Shown piece by piece: positions 34,891 through 49,425 of a stretch of 64,000 nucleotides of DNA; the first letter of the stretch is position 1; each line of letters opens with the position of its first letter. The DNA comes from Eledone cirrhosa. Lineage: Eukaryota. The notes below the pieces were generated by a model. The model searched no databases. It was not told where the DNA came from and saw only the letters and a program-made list of their open reading frames with translations. The stretch is from assembly GCA_964016885.1 (NCBI GenBank), contig OZ024740.1, forward strand, positions 439,084,001 to 439,148,000, written 5' to 3'. A program made the translations under genes and the position numbers.

Positions 34891-35507
34891 TTTGCATACC
34901 CGAGCAAACCTGCCAAAACCACTTCTAAAAAATTCAGAAGTGGTTTTGGCAGGTTTGCTCGACAAATCAGTGATTTGGAAATAAATATAGATAATTTAAT
35001 ATATCTACTAACATAACCTGTGTATTTGCTGGCATTAGCGTACATCTGTGCGCTTATGTTAGTAGATATATTAAATTATCTATATTTATCTCCAAATCAC
35101 TGATTTGTCGAGCAAACCTGCCAAAACCACTTCTACATTTTTTTGGGGGTGTTAGTAGGCGTCTGTCATCTTACCATCCCATTCCTACTGACTAGCCTCT
35201 GTGTCACGTGATTGATTCTTTAGAATCGGCCATTTGATCAGTGGCAGTGAGAATTTTCAGTGCCTGGAATCCAGTCCTCGATAGCTGTTCCATTTACCGA
35301 ATTATTATTATTTTTATATGAGTCCCCAGTGTCCGCTTATTGCCTGGAGACTTGGCTGAGAATAGACCTCCCTGATGACGCAATGAAATTCTCAACAGTT
35401 CATTACGTAACTGTCTTTATCCCATTGCAGAAACTAATTAGTTGGAGTGAACATTTAAGTAATAAGTTAATTTTTTTTAATTTTTTTTTTTATTTTCTTA
35501 TTTTACG

Positions 35508-35584
<77 letters not shown>

Positions 35585-35640
35585 TATATAAAATATGTTA
35601 AGTCAAATATGTTAAAGTTGGCTTCGTTTATTCTAATTTG

Positions 35641-35695
35641 CTGTTATATATATATTTCAGTGACAGCCATTATTGGGTGTGACCTCATCAGGCAG
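35641..35695 (-). ncRNA. Degenerate hammerhead motif
   Basis: ctgc-CTGATGA-stem II-GAAA-tatatata-TA-acag; mismatches in stems I and II. Confidence 0.5.
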
Positions 35696-35864
35696 TGAGA
35701 ATTAATGTAGAAAAAACAGGTAAACATGGATGGTGTTGTAATGTGTTCTACCCGGTTAATTCATCGATATGTCCTGCTCCTGGCTGTGTTGTTAGTCCTC
35801 AAAGGAACTGGAGTAAACAAACCAACCTGCATACTGAGGTGTCGGTAAACAACCAACACATGCT

Positions 35865-35933
<69 letters not shown>

Positions 35934-36881
35934 TAACAGATTAAAGTTTAAGCAAAGAATGGTTGCTTTCACCCTTAACGTGATTTTCTGAAACTAAAAA
36001 AGTTAATCTATGAATGCAGAAGTAAATATTTCAAAAAACGTTGCAACCGAAGGAAGACATGAAGACGATACTTTGGTTCGTGAAAACGTTCCCTGGCAAA
36101 GAACGGAAAAAAACGAAGATAATATGTCATCATTTAGAGCGAAGAAAACAATTACACACGCAAAGACAAAAACACGTTTATGGTTTGAATGAAGTCGTAG
36201 ACTAATATTCTATTTAGGAAACCGAATGAGTCTCGGCTTCAGAGTTAAGATTAAAGTAAATAAAATACAGAGGTAATTGAAATTAAAAATATACATACAC
36301 GCATCCATATACGTACATACACAAGCATACGCGGAAACACTCGCCATGGGTATGCAAATACAAGCACGTACACAAAAAACACACACGCACATACAGGAGC
36401 CACGCAACGCCTGTACCCGCACACATACGGACGTATACACCAAATATACATAAAAATATATATAAAAAATATGTATATATATATGTGTGTGTGCGTGTAT
36501 ACATATAATTAAATAAACGTATACACACATAAATACGTATATAACGCGCGCACGCACATACCTACATGTAAATACACATAAGTTCGCAGATGACGTCAAC
36601 CAAAACACAAAGTACACATATACACACACCCTACATACGTACGAACCCGCATACTCACACAGACGCAAAACTCACGTATACACATAACCAAATGCACATG
36701 TACCAGTATATATAATATATACGCCAAAATACATACAATCAAATATACGTACGAGGAAGTATAAGTACCTTCACAAAACATACAGGTAATATATACTTAC
36801 CTATACAAATAAGTAATGGTATAAACATAACATATACTTAGCTACCACATCAAGACGTAAAATATCCGCGTATAGTTCGTA

Positions 36882-37140
36882 CTATCCGTTAGGGGTGAAA
36901 TACAGGAAAGTTTTGTGCAATTTATGTTTACAAGCCGAAATAGCCTCAGATTTTTTGTTTAATATTTGGTCTTTGGCGTAGAGTATTTCCAGGGTCTCAG
37001 CGGCGCAGAGGTCACATGGTCTTTTATTTCCATTATACGATCTAGCCTTAGCTAGGATCTCCCAGTGTAACTTATACTGGGTGTGGTTGTCTTTTAGACT
37101 CCAGATATAAGCTGAAAGTGACGTCATATTCCTTCTTAAA
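36882..37140 (-). pseudogene. C-terminal GIY-YIG fragment of a Penelope-like element
   Basis: [42 protein letters not shown]; resembles the end of the 54.2-56 kb PLE. Confidence 0.7.
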
Positions 37141-37175
37141 AGGTTAAGAAAAGAATGGGTATGCATGTATGCATG

Positions 37176-37284
<109 letters not shown>

Positions 37285-37744
37285 GTGTGATCGACTGCTG
37301 TTAGTTATTTTCTGCATTTGGGATGTCTACATTTTCAAATTTCAAATCACTCAAATCTCTTTGTGATGTGGAGCGCAATTCCACGCAGGCGGTCCTGTCC
37401 ATCTATTTTGCGTCTCCAGGGTTTTTTCCCCATTTTCCCTCTCTCTATACTATTTTATATTACGAAATAACACCGAAGATGTATAAAATGTTCATGTTTA
37501 TCTTTATTTTAGGTTTGGCCACAGGTCCTGCTTTAAAAAGGAAGATATCTATTATTTCATATTTATCCAATGTGTTTATAATAAAGCTACTCGGACTACT
37601 AATGTATTACCAAGTTGATTCCACACCATTTCTCGCCTTGTAGCCAATTCCTGAATGGAATATTACTTATAGAAGACTATTTATAATTTTGGTTGCCTTC
37701 ATAGAAAATATTGTGTTGTTGCTGTATGTGTGTATGTATCCACA

Positions 37745-37871
<127 letters not shown>

Positions 37872-38139
37872 TAAAACATTTCTATAGAATCACCAGATAA
37901 AATATATACCATTTCCTCTCCCAATTAGCATAATTAACCATATAAAACATCGAATAGACCAAGTTATAAGAATAAGGCTTCTATGAAGAAATCTCCAACA
38001 AATAAGCGAAACCAGCCCTTCGCGCCGTCTGAGACGGAATATTTATAGAATATTTCGACAGTTTAATCGCCCAGATATACAGTCAATTAAACAGAATTAG
38101 GTGTAAAATAAACTAGGAGAAAAGTGAACACATTTAGTT

Positions 38140-38216
38140 ACCTCGACCATGGTTTCGTCCGCATTTTAAGATATCCGATAGCTTCGGAACCTAGAGCACC
38201 GGACTCTTCAGGAAGT
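38140..38216 (-). ncRNA. Type I hammerhead ribozyme (inverted copy)
   Basis: acttc-CTGAAGA-gtccg...cggac-GAAA-ccatg-GTC-gaggt; stem III is the palindrome ACCATGGT. Confidence 0.85.
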
Positions 38217-38769
38217 TAGCTCAAATTTAGACAATAAATTTTCCAAAGTGATCGCGCCAAGAATACATTCAAAAATGGCTAAGAATCGTGACATAGCAGC
38301 GGTCAGGTTAGAAGGATTGTGGTTAGTTGCTTACGGCTGGTGGCTTTTTGCTAGAAAGCGCAGCAGCGACCGGTGCTCTAGGTTCCGAAGCTATCGGATA
38401 TCTTAAAATGCGGACGAAACCATGGTCGAGGTAACTAAATGTGTTCACTTTTCTCCTAGTTTATTTTACACCTAATTCTGTTTAATTGACTGTATATCTG
38501 GGCGATTACGCTGTCGAAATATTCGATAAATATTCCGTCGCAGCCGGCGCGAAGGCTGGTTTCGGTTATTTGTTGGAGATTTCTTCATAGAAGCCTTATT
38601 CTTATAGCTTGGTCTATTCGATTTTTTATATGGTTAATTATGCTAATTGGGAGAGGAAATGGTATATATTTTATCTGGTGATTCTATAGACATGTTTTAT
38701 GATATATAGCTCTGATTATTTAATTTATTAACTTTTCATTGAGCCACAAGGTGACCCGTTGCAAAACAC

Positions 38770-38808
<39 letters not shown>

Positions 38809-39018
38809 TATGTAAACCTTTATATGTAATAATCTCCCGTGTGGTGGAGATACAAATTTGGCTGTATTGGGCTGCGGTTTCTAGCAAAAAGCCACCAGCC
38901 GTAAGCAACTAACCACATTCCTTCTAACCTGACCACTGCTACGTCACGATTCTTAGCCAATTTTGAATGTATTCTTGGCGCGATCACTTTGGAAAATTTA
39001 TTGTCTAAATTTGAGCTA

Positions 39019-39095
39019 ACTTCCTGAAGAGTCCGGTGCTCTAGGTTCCGACGCTATCGGATATCTTAAAATGCGGACGAAACCACGGTCGAGGT
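39019..39095 (+). ncRNA. Type I hammerhead ribozyme
   Basis: acttc-CTGAAGA-gtccg...cggac-GAAA-ccacg-GTC-gaggt; predicted cleavage after 39090. Confidence 0.85.
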
Positions 39096-39433
39096 AACTA
39101 AATGTGTTCACTTTTCTCCTAGTTTATTTTACACCTAATTCTGTTTAATTGACTGTATATCTGGGCGATTAATCTGTCGAAAAATTCGATAAATATTCCG
39201 TCGCAGCCGGTGCGAAGGCTGGTTTCGGTTATTTGTTGGAGATTTCTTCATAGAAGCCTTATTCCTGTAGCTTGGTCTATTCGATTTTTTATATGGTTAA
39301 TTATTCTAATTGGGAGAGGAAATGGTATATATTTTATCTGGTGATTCTATAGACATATTTTATGATATAAAGCTCTGATTATTTAATTTATTAACTTTTT
39401 ATTTAGCCACAAAGTGACCCGTTGCAAAACACG

Positions 39434-39464
<31 letters not shown>

Positions 39465-39656
39465 CTTTATATGTAATAATCTCCCGTTTGGTTGAGATAC
39501 AAATTTGGCTGTATTGTGCTGCGCTTTCTAGCAAAAAGCCACCAGCCGTAAGCAACTAACCACATTCCTGACCGCTGCTACGTCACGATTCTTAGCCATT
39601 TTTGAATGTATTCTTGGCGCGATCACTTATAAAATTTATTGTCTAAATTTGAGCTA

Positions 39657-39733
39657 ACTTCCTGAAGAGTCCGGTGCTCTAGGTTCCGACGCTATCGGAT
39701 ATCTTAAAATGCGGACGAAACCACGGTCGAGGT
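39657..39733 (+). ncRNA. Type I hammerhead ribozyme
   Basis: Same motif as 39019..39095; predicted cleavage after 39728. Confidence 0.85.
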
Positions 39734-40070
39734 AACTAAATGTGTTCACATTTCTCCTAGTTTATTTTACACCTAATTCTGTTTAATTGACTGTATATCT
39801 GGGCGATTACGCTGTCGAAATATTCGATAAATATTCCGTCGCAGCCGGCGCGAAGAGATGGTTTCGGTTATTTGTTGGAGATTTCTTCATAGAAGCCTTA
39901 TTCTTATAGCTTGGTCTATTCGATTTTTTATATGGTTAATTATGCTAATTGGGAGAGGAAATGTTATATATTTTATCTGGTGATTCTATAGACATGTTTT
40001 ATGATATATAGCTCTGATTATTTAATTTATAACTTTTCATTGAGCTACAAAGTGACCCGTTGCAAAACAC

Positions 40071-40160
<90 letters not shown>

Positions 40161-40298
40161 CAAAGGAATTGTGGTAAGGAACCAGATGGACCATAACGCA
40201 CCAGAGTACTCAATACTTAGGGTAGTAGAGTGGGAAATATATATATACTAATAAAGGACCGGAGGCGATATTCAGTTGATTCAGGTTTATTAAAATCT

Positions 40299-40356
40299 CC
40301 GTTATATATATTTCACTGAAGACTATCAGTTTAGATAGCCTGAGCTCTTCAGACGG
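40299..40356 (-). ncRNA. Type I hammerhead with ATATATAT palindromic stem III
   Basis: ccgt-CTGAAGA-gct..ggctatc/gatagtc..agt-GAAA-tatata-TA-acgg. Confidence 0.7.
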
Positions 40357-40779
40357 CAAAACCTAAAATAAACATTGAAAGTTCCTAAGAAATTCTTAAA
40401 TTTGGAAAAATTTAATAATTTCCCAGAAAAAGATTTTCTTTTTCTGATACAGGGGGTGGCCGAACTCTAAAAATATTTTAGAACTTTTCTCGTCTCAACA
40501 GTATGGTTTAATCTGTAAACACCCAGAGAGCCATGCATAGGAAAATACGCTTGTGTGTCCACCTGTGAGCCTTTGTTCATATGACTGTGTACACGCATGC
40601 CTGTGACTCTGTAGTTGTAGGTATATTCTACTTGAGTAGTTAGAAAACTTCACGTGAATTCAAATGTTAATGGCTGTCTTGAGACTCGTGTTCCGTAGAC
40701 AATTTGGAAGTAATTAAAGTCAAACAGCTACAACAGAGAATTGAAACCAGAAACACGGATTTGGTTCACTAAGAATTTA

Positions 40780-41300
40780 CCTATACACCACTTTCCAACA
40801 GCAAAACCAACATCATTATTATTTTTTAAGTGATAAAAGCAACATCATCGTCATTTTAGATACCGAAGAATACAACCATAAAATCAATTAAACTCTCTAT
40901 GACAGTTCCAAATTCAAAAGAATCCCCTGGGATACAAGATTGCAATATAAAGTCCTTCTCAATCGACTTATTGACGCCGTTAACAGTATAAAACAAAGAT
41001 TTCAAAATGATCAAAGCTATTGGTGAATTTTCACCAGCTTACATTTATGATTGCGTCAAAACCCATAAGTCAGCATGTCCCAAAAGACCCATCATTTCTT
41101 AAATTGTGCCACACGACTAAAACAATTGATAATATAGTTAAACTATACTCCCCTGTACAATATATGGTCAATTTCTGTTCAGGATTTCATGAAATTCTCC
41201 AGAGTCTCGCCTCTATGGCTATCTCTGTTTTGTAAATGTCAGAAACCTATTCATGTGTTTAGAAATCAGCACTAATATTGAGATGACAGTCTGTAATACC
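40780..41300 (+). pseudogene. Highly decayed Penelope-like RT N-terminal fragment
   Basis: Hand translation gives SDKSNIIVILDTEEYNHKI and PAYIYDCVKTHK, resembling the PLE DK..N..V.LD...Y and IYG.PK.HK motifs. Confidence 0.55.
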
Positions 41301-43513
41301 TATTACCACCGAAACCTTCAACATCCACACAACACATAACGTCTTTCTATTCCTCCTCTTCTGAACACTCGAAATATATTACTGCTTCTGTCCTCCGTGA
41401 ACTCTCTCTTTACTCCAGATATATAAATAGTGTGTTTGTTGTCCCTAACAATTATGACGAAGCAAAAGATTTAAAAACGTGTTAAAACCTTACATCACTA
41501 TTGATTCTACCACCATGAAGATAATTTGTGACTAAAAACTTTCGAATCAGGTTTAGTTTAACAATTCCTTTCACCTTCTAATCATTTAGGTTCTTTTTCT
41601 TTACAAAAAACTTCTATAAGAGGTTGATGTTTCATGAAATGACTTGCCCAGTTGAGGCAATTCTATATTTCTATTTGATAACATTTTACTGTCACGTCAG
41701 GGAAGGAAGGATAATGGCATGGAGAAAGTTATCTTGAAACCAGTGACCTAGTCTGAATTCTTGCAACAGGGTGGACTTCGTTAAAAGCAACCAAGTACAA
41801 GTTGATGTCGTTAAATCTAGTGAGGGATTGTTGCTACCACCGATGATGGTCACAACACTATATATATACACACATAGAAGAGTTGAGACAAATACTGCAG
41901 AGTAACTCGTCTTGTGCTCTTTCTGTCATAATACTGCCCTAAACTGGTCGTATTAATCAGCCTCCAACGGATGGAAGGCAACGTTAACCGACAGGAATTG
42001 AATTCAGATCTCAAACAACCAAATCAATTAAGCACATACTATTTTGAACTACCTTCTAAGGACAACACGCCATTTGAGCGACAATATCACAATTTACTGC
42101 CACTATCATTTCTATATTAATTAGTATATTTCTTTAAACAATATGGTGGGATTTGGAAGATATTCAGCAGTTATTTCTTGCAAGTCAAGCCTCAACAGAT
42201 GCTCTCTTGTTTGTCATACTAAAATGGGTGCATACGGTATATATATATATATAGTGAAGAGTAATTATGCATAATGGGCTTTTACAACAATTTATTCAAA
42301 GATTTTCCATTACAAATGTTTCGACGAGTTTTACGATTATGCAGTGTATCAATCCGGCCTCTTGAGATGGTCTTCCCAACATTATTTTTCTGGGTAACCC
42401 GGGGTGGAGAGATAGGGGAACTGATTAAATTCATAAATTTCAATCTCTCCGGTCTCAATGTCAGGTCCCCTAAATATATATATATATATCCAGGGAGTGT
42501 AACTTGGAGTTACTGTAGGTTCACCCAGGTGAGCACTCGATGTTTAGGTTCACTTCAGTGTCGAGGTGTAGAGTTACACAGAGTGCATTATAGTGATATA
42601 AGATAACAATGATGATTGGTTACTCCTTCATTACGTTTATTGGTTGGTGATGCGCGATTCGCTACTGATCAGCTCAAAGTTCGATCTGCATCGAGCTATC
42701 CTGACTCTGTAATCCGCGGCTCGTCAGACCCCTTACAATGTAAGGGGTCTGACGAGCCGCAGAACCAACCAATAAACGTAATAAAGGAGTAACACCCATA
42801 CACCCATACACACACATAACAACCCCCACACCTACAACACCCTCCCCATTTCTACTAATAGAACCACTTTCCTACACACATATATATATACACACACACA
42901 AAATATATATTCTCTCTATCTAACATACTCGCACACACACACATAACACACAACTCCCTCCCCCATCTCTACTAATAGAATCATCTTCCAATACACACAT
43001 ACACACAGACACACACACATATACACACACACAAGCACACAAATAAACACATATCTTCAGTCTCAATAGAAAATCTGAACTCTGACACCTGAACTCTGAC
43101 AGCTGGCCATATTCACTGAACCAGAACATTTCTCCCAATCCCTTTTCCCTTGACCACTATCTCTCCATTGTCATAACATTCACTATAAAGACTACAGAAT
43201 AGTTTTCCAAATAAGGGCGCAAAAATGTAATGAAAACTTGTTCACGTGACAGCCAAATTTCATTTATAACCATAAAAAAAAAAGCCTTCGTGAGCCTCAT
43301 TTTTTCAAGTAAAAAGAAACACTCATATATGAAAAAACAACCTGTGACAACCCCCCCACCCTCTCTTATTTGAAGAACTATTGTAACGCGAACTGGCGCG
43401 AAATTTATTATAATTATTGACAAACCAATCAAATTACTTCTCGAAAAACCTGGTTTTCGAGCCACTTTTTCCATATAAAACAAGTAACATTTAGAGACCA
43501 ACCAGATGTGAGA

Positions 43514-43713
43514 AAAACCACAGACCCTCCATCTCAACTCACCTTTTGAAAAGCAGAAGAACTGCGAAACCGGTAAAGGAACCAAATAAATATATATATT
43601 TTTTTAAAAAATAAGACTTCAGTTGCATTTTCGATTTCATCCCTTTTTCTTTATACTTTCACTCGTGTAGGACACCTCGGTTATTTTTCATTTTGTAAAA
43701 AAAACCACTTTCT
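43514..43713 (+). repeat. ~200 bp dispersed repeat (inverted copy at ~48612..48817) with a hammerhead-variant core at 43542..43579
   Basis: cctt-TTGAAAA-gcag(aagaa)ctgc-GAAA-ccgg-TA-aagg; the reverse-complement match is visible. Confidence 0.75.
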
Positions 43714-43714
43714 A

Positions 43715-43762
<48 letters not shown>

Positions 43763-44124
43763 ATTTTGTATGTATATATATATATACCGTGTGGGTCGTC
43801 ACAAACAGTCATAACCGGCATGGGCTGGTGTTTGAATTCTGTCGATCGATTGGTTATTGATTAGGCGATATCCGCTGATGAAACCGCATAAGCCGATTGT
43901 GCATTGTTGCATAATATATGCAGACGGATGGTGCAGTGCACCTTACTGCTGCATTAGTGCGGCCGAAACTCGAATCCGGGAACTATTACAGACACCCGTT
44001 TTACGTGTGTTGTGTTGAAGCAAATAACTATGTGTATACCCTGGTAATGTATCTTACATTGCCCATGGAGTACGCTGAGATACAACCGGTTCTGGCATTG
44101 ATAAATATGCCAGGCCCGTCAACT

Positions 44125-44216
<92 letters not shown>

Positions 44217-45680
44217 CAAATAAATCCATAGAGAAAATATTTATTATTAGTACAGATTAAAGATTAAGCAAATAATTTCAGCTTTCACCCTATTCCGGGA
44301 TCTTTTGAAACTCATATCTGTTGTCGCATCACCAATCTGAGGAGCAGATCGATACTGGAGTCGGGTCCATCTACTCCTATGGGTCACCTTGAACCAATCC
44401 TCTGTGAAACCCGCGTAACAGGTCGATACGCAATAAATATTTTTCATATGTAAACGAAACTTCCTCATTTGTTTCTATTATATATAATGTGTGTGTGTGT
44501 GTGGTATGAGTGCGTGTGTTTGTGTGTGGTGTAAGTGCGTGTGTGTGTGTGTGTATGTGTGTGTGTATGTGTGCGTGTGAGTGCGTGTATGTGTGTGTGT
44601 GTGGTGTGTGGTGTGTGTGTGTGTGAGAGAGATACTGTACGAGAAGTTAATGCTTGAAATGTTAAAAATAACATCGACATATATAAAAGGCAAACGGTAT
44701 AAAGTTTTTTCCTTGCATTCTTGTTAGTTTTCTTACTAATTTAATTGTTTCTACTTTTGGCACAAGGCCAGCAATTATCCCAGTGTATTACTGGTACTTT
44801 ACTTTCTTACTAATTTAATAAACTGGAATTGAGTAGAGACGTCATTTAGCTAAATATGTGAAGAGTTCTAATTAGTATATTTTCAGTATTTCTACTCCAA
44901 ATTAAACATACCCTGATCGAATTTGTCTTACTATATATGTCTTCTATTTTTTTTCTCTTTTCATTCTCTATCTCTTATATATTTTTCATTCGCTTTTTTC
45001 ATTCATTATTTCATGTTTTTTTAGTGTTTCTCTCGTTCATCTTTTCTAATATTTTTCATTCCAGTTTATTTTGTTTGTTTTTGTTATTTTCTTCCCTATA
45101 TTTTTATCTTCCATTCTCTTTTACTTTCCTATTTATTACACAGAACTCCTGCGCCTTATGAAATCTATACCTTTTATTCAAACACCGCCTGTCCGCGCTT
45201 CCCCACACACAGACACACAGTCTTCTCTCTCTTTCACATCATTTTCTCAGCTTGATCTTCTCTCACAAACTGTGCCACTCTTTTATTCATAGTCTCCCGC
45301 CTAGTATTATCCCAACGACTATTTCTCTTCCAATTCTTTCTCACCCTGGTCTTTCTATTGTGTTCAATATAATTAAACATAATATTCATAGTTTTTGTCC
45401 TTAACGATTTCGTGTATAGTACTTGTTCCACTCTTTCACCATCATTTCACTTTCCTTTGCTTTCTCTCTGTCGTCAGCATCCCTGTGGTGGCTTTTCCAT
45501 GTCGTCTGTATGTTTATGGGAAAACAGGAATGCACACATAAGTGTATACATATACAGACACATATGCACATGTACACATTATATATATACACACAGAAGA
45601 ACACACACACACGCCTACATATTCATACACACACACACATGTATATAAATAATTATACATATAAATATATACATATATTT

Positions 45681-45743
<63 letters not shown>

Positions 45744-45991
45744 TATATATAATTATATATATATACATACATACACACATACATACATTTATACATTTAT
45801 ATAATATACATACCAATATATATACACACACTCATAAAATTATATATATATATACATATATAGTTGAAAATGAAGGAAAACAACGGCGGCAATTATACAC
45901 AATTATATTAATTTCACGCTTCGTATACACACACGCTCACACACACGCACACACACTCGCACACACGCACACACACACATACCCCCCCCCC

Positions 45992-46022
<31 letters not shown>

Positions 46023-46177
46023 GTATATGTATATTATAGGTGAACTCCCACTGTATATATGGGAGTGAGCGCAATTAAAAACGGTATTTAATACGTTAGT
46101 AGAATATAGATATATTTATTTTAATATAGAAATGACTTCTACAGGATTAGACCCGTGTCTATTGTAAGAAATCACCA

Positions 46178-46237
<60 letters not shown>

Positions 46238-46785
46238 TCGCTCTTCAGCGCTACTGGTAACATGTAACCCAGTACAACCTGTGCATGGTTGGTAGTCGGT
46301 GACTAAATCGGCAACCCCTACCAAGCTTGTGGGACGAAAAACAAGACCCGTCAAAGGGCGAAGAACTCAGGAGAGTCACCGGCCATCCAATAAAGATTTT
46401 TTTTGTGGAGCAAGAGACCCCTAGTCTTCTAGACATCTCTCTAAGAGAAGGTCTCTCTGATATAAAACCTGCGACTTCATTTGCATCCACTGATGTAGAC
46501 CAGTTCTTCTTTTCGGGTAAATGTATTCGATGTTCAGAGAATGGGATTGGCACCGAGCAAAGCCTTTCCTCACTTAAAGAAGCTTCAAGCACAGGTATCA
46601 CTTGATATGTGACATGTTTTGCGATGCGTGGCATGGCTTGGCCATAGGCAAGTCCCTAGCAGGACTAGGAAGCCACGCCCGTGATGCTCATGCTTAAGTA
46701 TCAAGCGATGGCATTACTCGAAATCGAGTTGCAGCCATCATATATATATATATATATATTTGCATATACTCTACCCGACCCGAAA

Positions 46786-46816
<31 letters not shown>

Positions 46817-46857
46817 AATACACACACAGACACATATATATATATATAAATAAATAA

Positions 46858-46890
<33 letters not shown>

Positions 46891-46894
<4 letters not shown>

Positions 46895-47085
46895 TAAACG
46901 GAAAAGAAAATGCTGACAAATTGTTCACAGTGAAAAATAGTTTAATTAGGAATAAGTGAGAATTAGTAATAGTATGGGTTAGTATTCAGTTTTGGTTTTA
47001 AGTTTTACCGGTTGCGCATTTCTAATGCTTTTCAAAAATAATTTTGAGATAGAGCGTCCGTGATGTTTGCTCTGATCAGAGCAAA
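46891..47085 (-). repeat. ~195 bp dispersed repeat (opposite-strand copy 51349..51546) with a hammerhead-variant core
   Basis: TTGAAAA-gcatt..aatgc-GCAA-ccgg-TA in both copies; 20-bp palindrome at 47066..47085. Confidence 0.72.
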
Positions 47086-47629
47086 TATATATATGTATAT
47101 ATATCTATATATATGCGTGTGCTGAAGGCATGCTAGGCCATCACCTCAAAGGTATTTAATCTATGATATCGACTCTTGAGCTAACTTCGTGTTTTGGAAC
47201 ATATAATATTGATCGATGTGTTGAACCGCTAATTATGGAATAACAGCAAATTGTCATACACACACACACACAGACATGCATGCACTCACATACACACACA
47301 TGCATACCCACGTACACATGCATACCCACACATATATATAAGAATGGGCTACCACGCAGCTTCCGTCTATAGTAAAAGCCACTTGCCACGGTCCCATGTA
47401 GTGGGAGCGGAGACGCCGTCGTTGTGAAATATAATGTTAGGCCTGTGTGGCTGTGGAGATGTGTATATGTTTGTATTTCTATATGTGTGTATATGTGGAT
47501 GTATATATGAATATATGTGTGTATATATGCTCATACACGCACACAAACACATATTACATACACATATTCACAAACATAAACACACCACACATTTGTATAT
47601 ATATACATATATACATATATATGTGAGTG

Positions 47630-47661
<32 letters not shown>

Positions 47662-47745
47662 AAAGGTAAACAGAAATAACAACACAATCGGTACAGTATA
47701 TGGAAGAGATATATTAGGTTAACGCTTGATATAGCAGGAAGAGGG

Positions 47746-47781
47746 TCTTAACGTTTCGGACGCTAGTCCTTCGTCAGAAGA
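47746..47781 (-). ncRNA. Ultra-minimal hammerhead motif
   Basis: tctt-CTGACGA-a-ggac(tagc)gtcc-GAAA-cg-TT-aaga; palindrome AACGTT. Confidence 0.68.
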
Positions 47782-47975
47782 AAGAATGAGAAATAAGATA
47801 GATTGAAGGGACGGGCGGGATGGAGTTGGAAAAAATGTCTGTAGATAAAAATAACAGGTCCATTCATCTTGACATCTCTTGCAAAACTGTTGGTGCTGGC
47901 GTTTTGTGTATGGTTTGTTTTTTTAGAAAAGTGGACGATGGAGCGCGTCTAGCTGAAATGGAAAAAAAACCGTTT

Positions 47976-48057
<82 letters not shown>

Positions 48058-48124
48058 CTGGATTAAGTTAAGTGTAAATATCCAAGAGTAAGAGAACTCA
48101 CTCCATAGGACGAGTTTAGTATAA

Positions 48125-48306
48125 ATAATTACAACAGTGACATAAATAGTAACTCAAGTTTCGTTGGGTTCTGGGCCCCAATTTCTTCAGCCTGTCACAA
48201 GAAAAATAAAAAACAAAGATGGCCCTTTTTATTTTTCTCAGTACAGGCTGAAGAAATTGGGGCCCAGAATCCAACGAAAATTGAGTACCTGTTTATGTCA
48301 CTGTTG

Positions 48307-48313
<7 letters not shown>
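48125..48313. repeat. Fold-back inverted repeat with a hammerhead motif in each arm (plus-strand copy 48243..48292)
   Basis: acagg-CTGAAGA-..ttgg..ccaa..-GAAA-attga-GTA-cctgt; the arms are reverse complements. Confidence 0.8.
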
Positions 48314-48382
<69 letters not shown>

Positions 48383-48392
48383 CATTTATATA

Positions 48393-48610
<218 letters not shown>

Positions 48611-48821
48611 ATAGAAAGTGAGGGTTTTTTTTACAAAATGAAAAATAACCGAGCTGTCCTACACGAGTGAAAGTATAAAGAAAAAAAGATGAAATCGAAA
48701 ATGCGACTGGAGTCTTATTTTTAAAAATATATATATTTATTTGGTTCCTTTACCGGTCGGTTTCGCAGTTCTTCTGCTTTTCAAAAGTAGAGTTGTGATG
48801 GAGGGTCTGTGGTTTTATACA

Positions 48822-48854
<33 letters not shown>

Positions 48855-48902
48855 ATATATGTGCGTGTGTGTTTGTGTGTATAAATATATATATATATAT
48901 AT

Positions 48903-49268
48903 ATACGATATTGACAAATGGAAACTATATTTATAAAACCATATTTATTTCATTATACATATTTCAAGGACACCAAGTTAAATTATGGTGTGCTTTCATC
49001 AGACAAAATATAATATAGAGCAGTTATATATATAAATATTGACATACTCTTAAAGAATGCAACCATTAAAGCTCCCGGAGACTATCCGGGAGCTTCCAAC
49101 TTTAATGGTTGCATTCTTTAAGAGTATGTCAATATTTATATATATAACTGCTCTATATTATATTTTGTCGGATGAAAGCACACCATAATTTAACTTGGTG
49201 TCCTTGAAATATGTATAATGAAATAAATATGGTTTTATAAATATAGTTTCCATTTGTCAATATCGTAT
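48903..49268. repeat. Fold-back inverted repeat, ~170 bp arms, with hammerhead at 48947..49009 (-) and a core-mutated copy at 49162..49224 (+)
   Basis: attttgt-CTGATGA-aagcacacca..tggtgtcctt-GAAA-tatgta-TA-atgaaat; the plus copy has CGGATGA. Confidence 0.85.
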
Positions 49269-49355
49269 TTTTACTCCAATTATTTGTGGAGTGCTTTATA
49301 TCAGTTATAAAAATATTTGCTTCTTGTATCCCAACAATTTAAATAGAACTTTTGC

Positions 49356-49406
<51 letters not shown>

Positions 49407-49425
49407 GTTAAAAGAATAGAGGTGT

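Noticed and set aside
34845-34965. N-terminus of ORF 33241..34965
   Set aside because: Read-through across the inversion junction; not the real PLE start.
35372-35416. Hammerhead at CTGATGA with a stem
   Set aside because: GAAA is replaced by GTAA and there is no stem I; too decayed to call.
46251-46634. 127-aa ORF in a non-repetitive island
   Set aside because: No recognisable domain; cannot be assigned without a database search.
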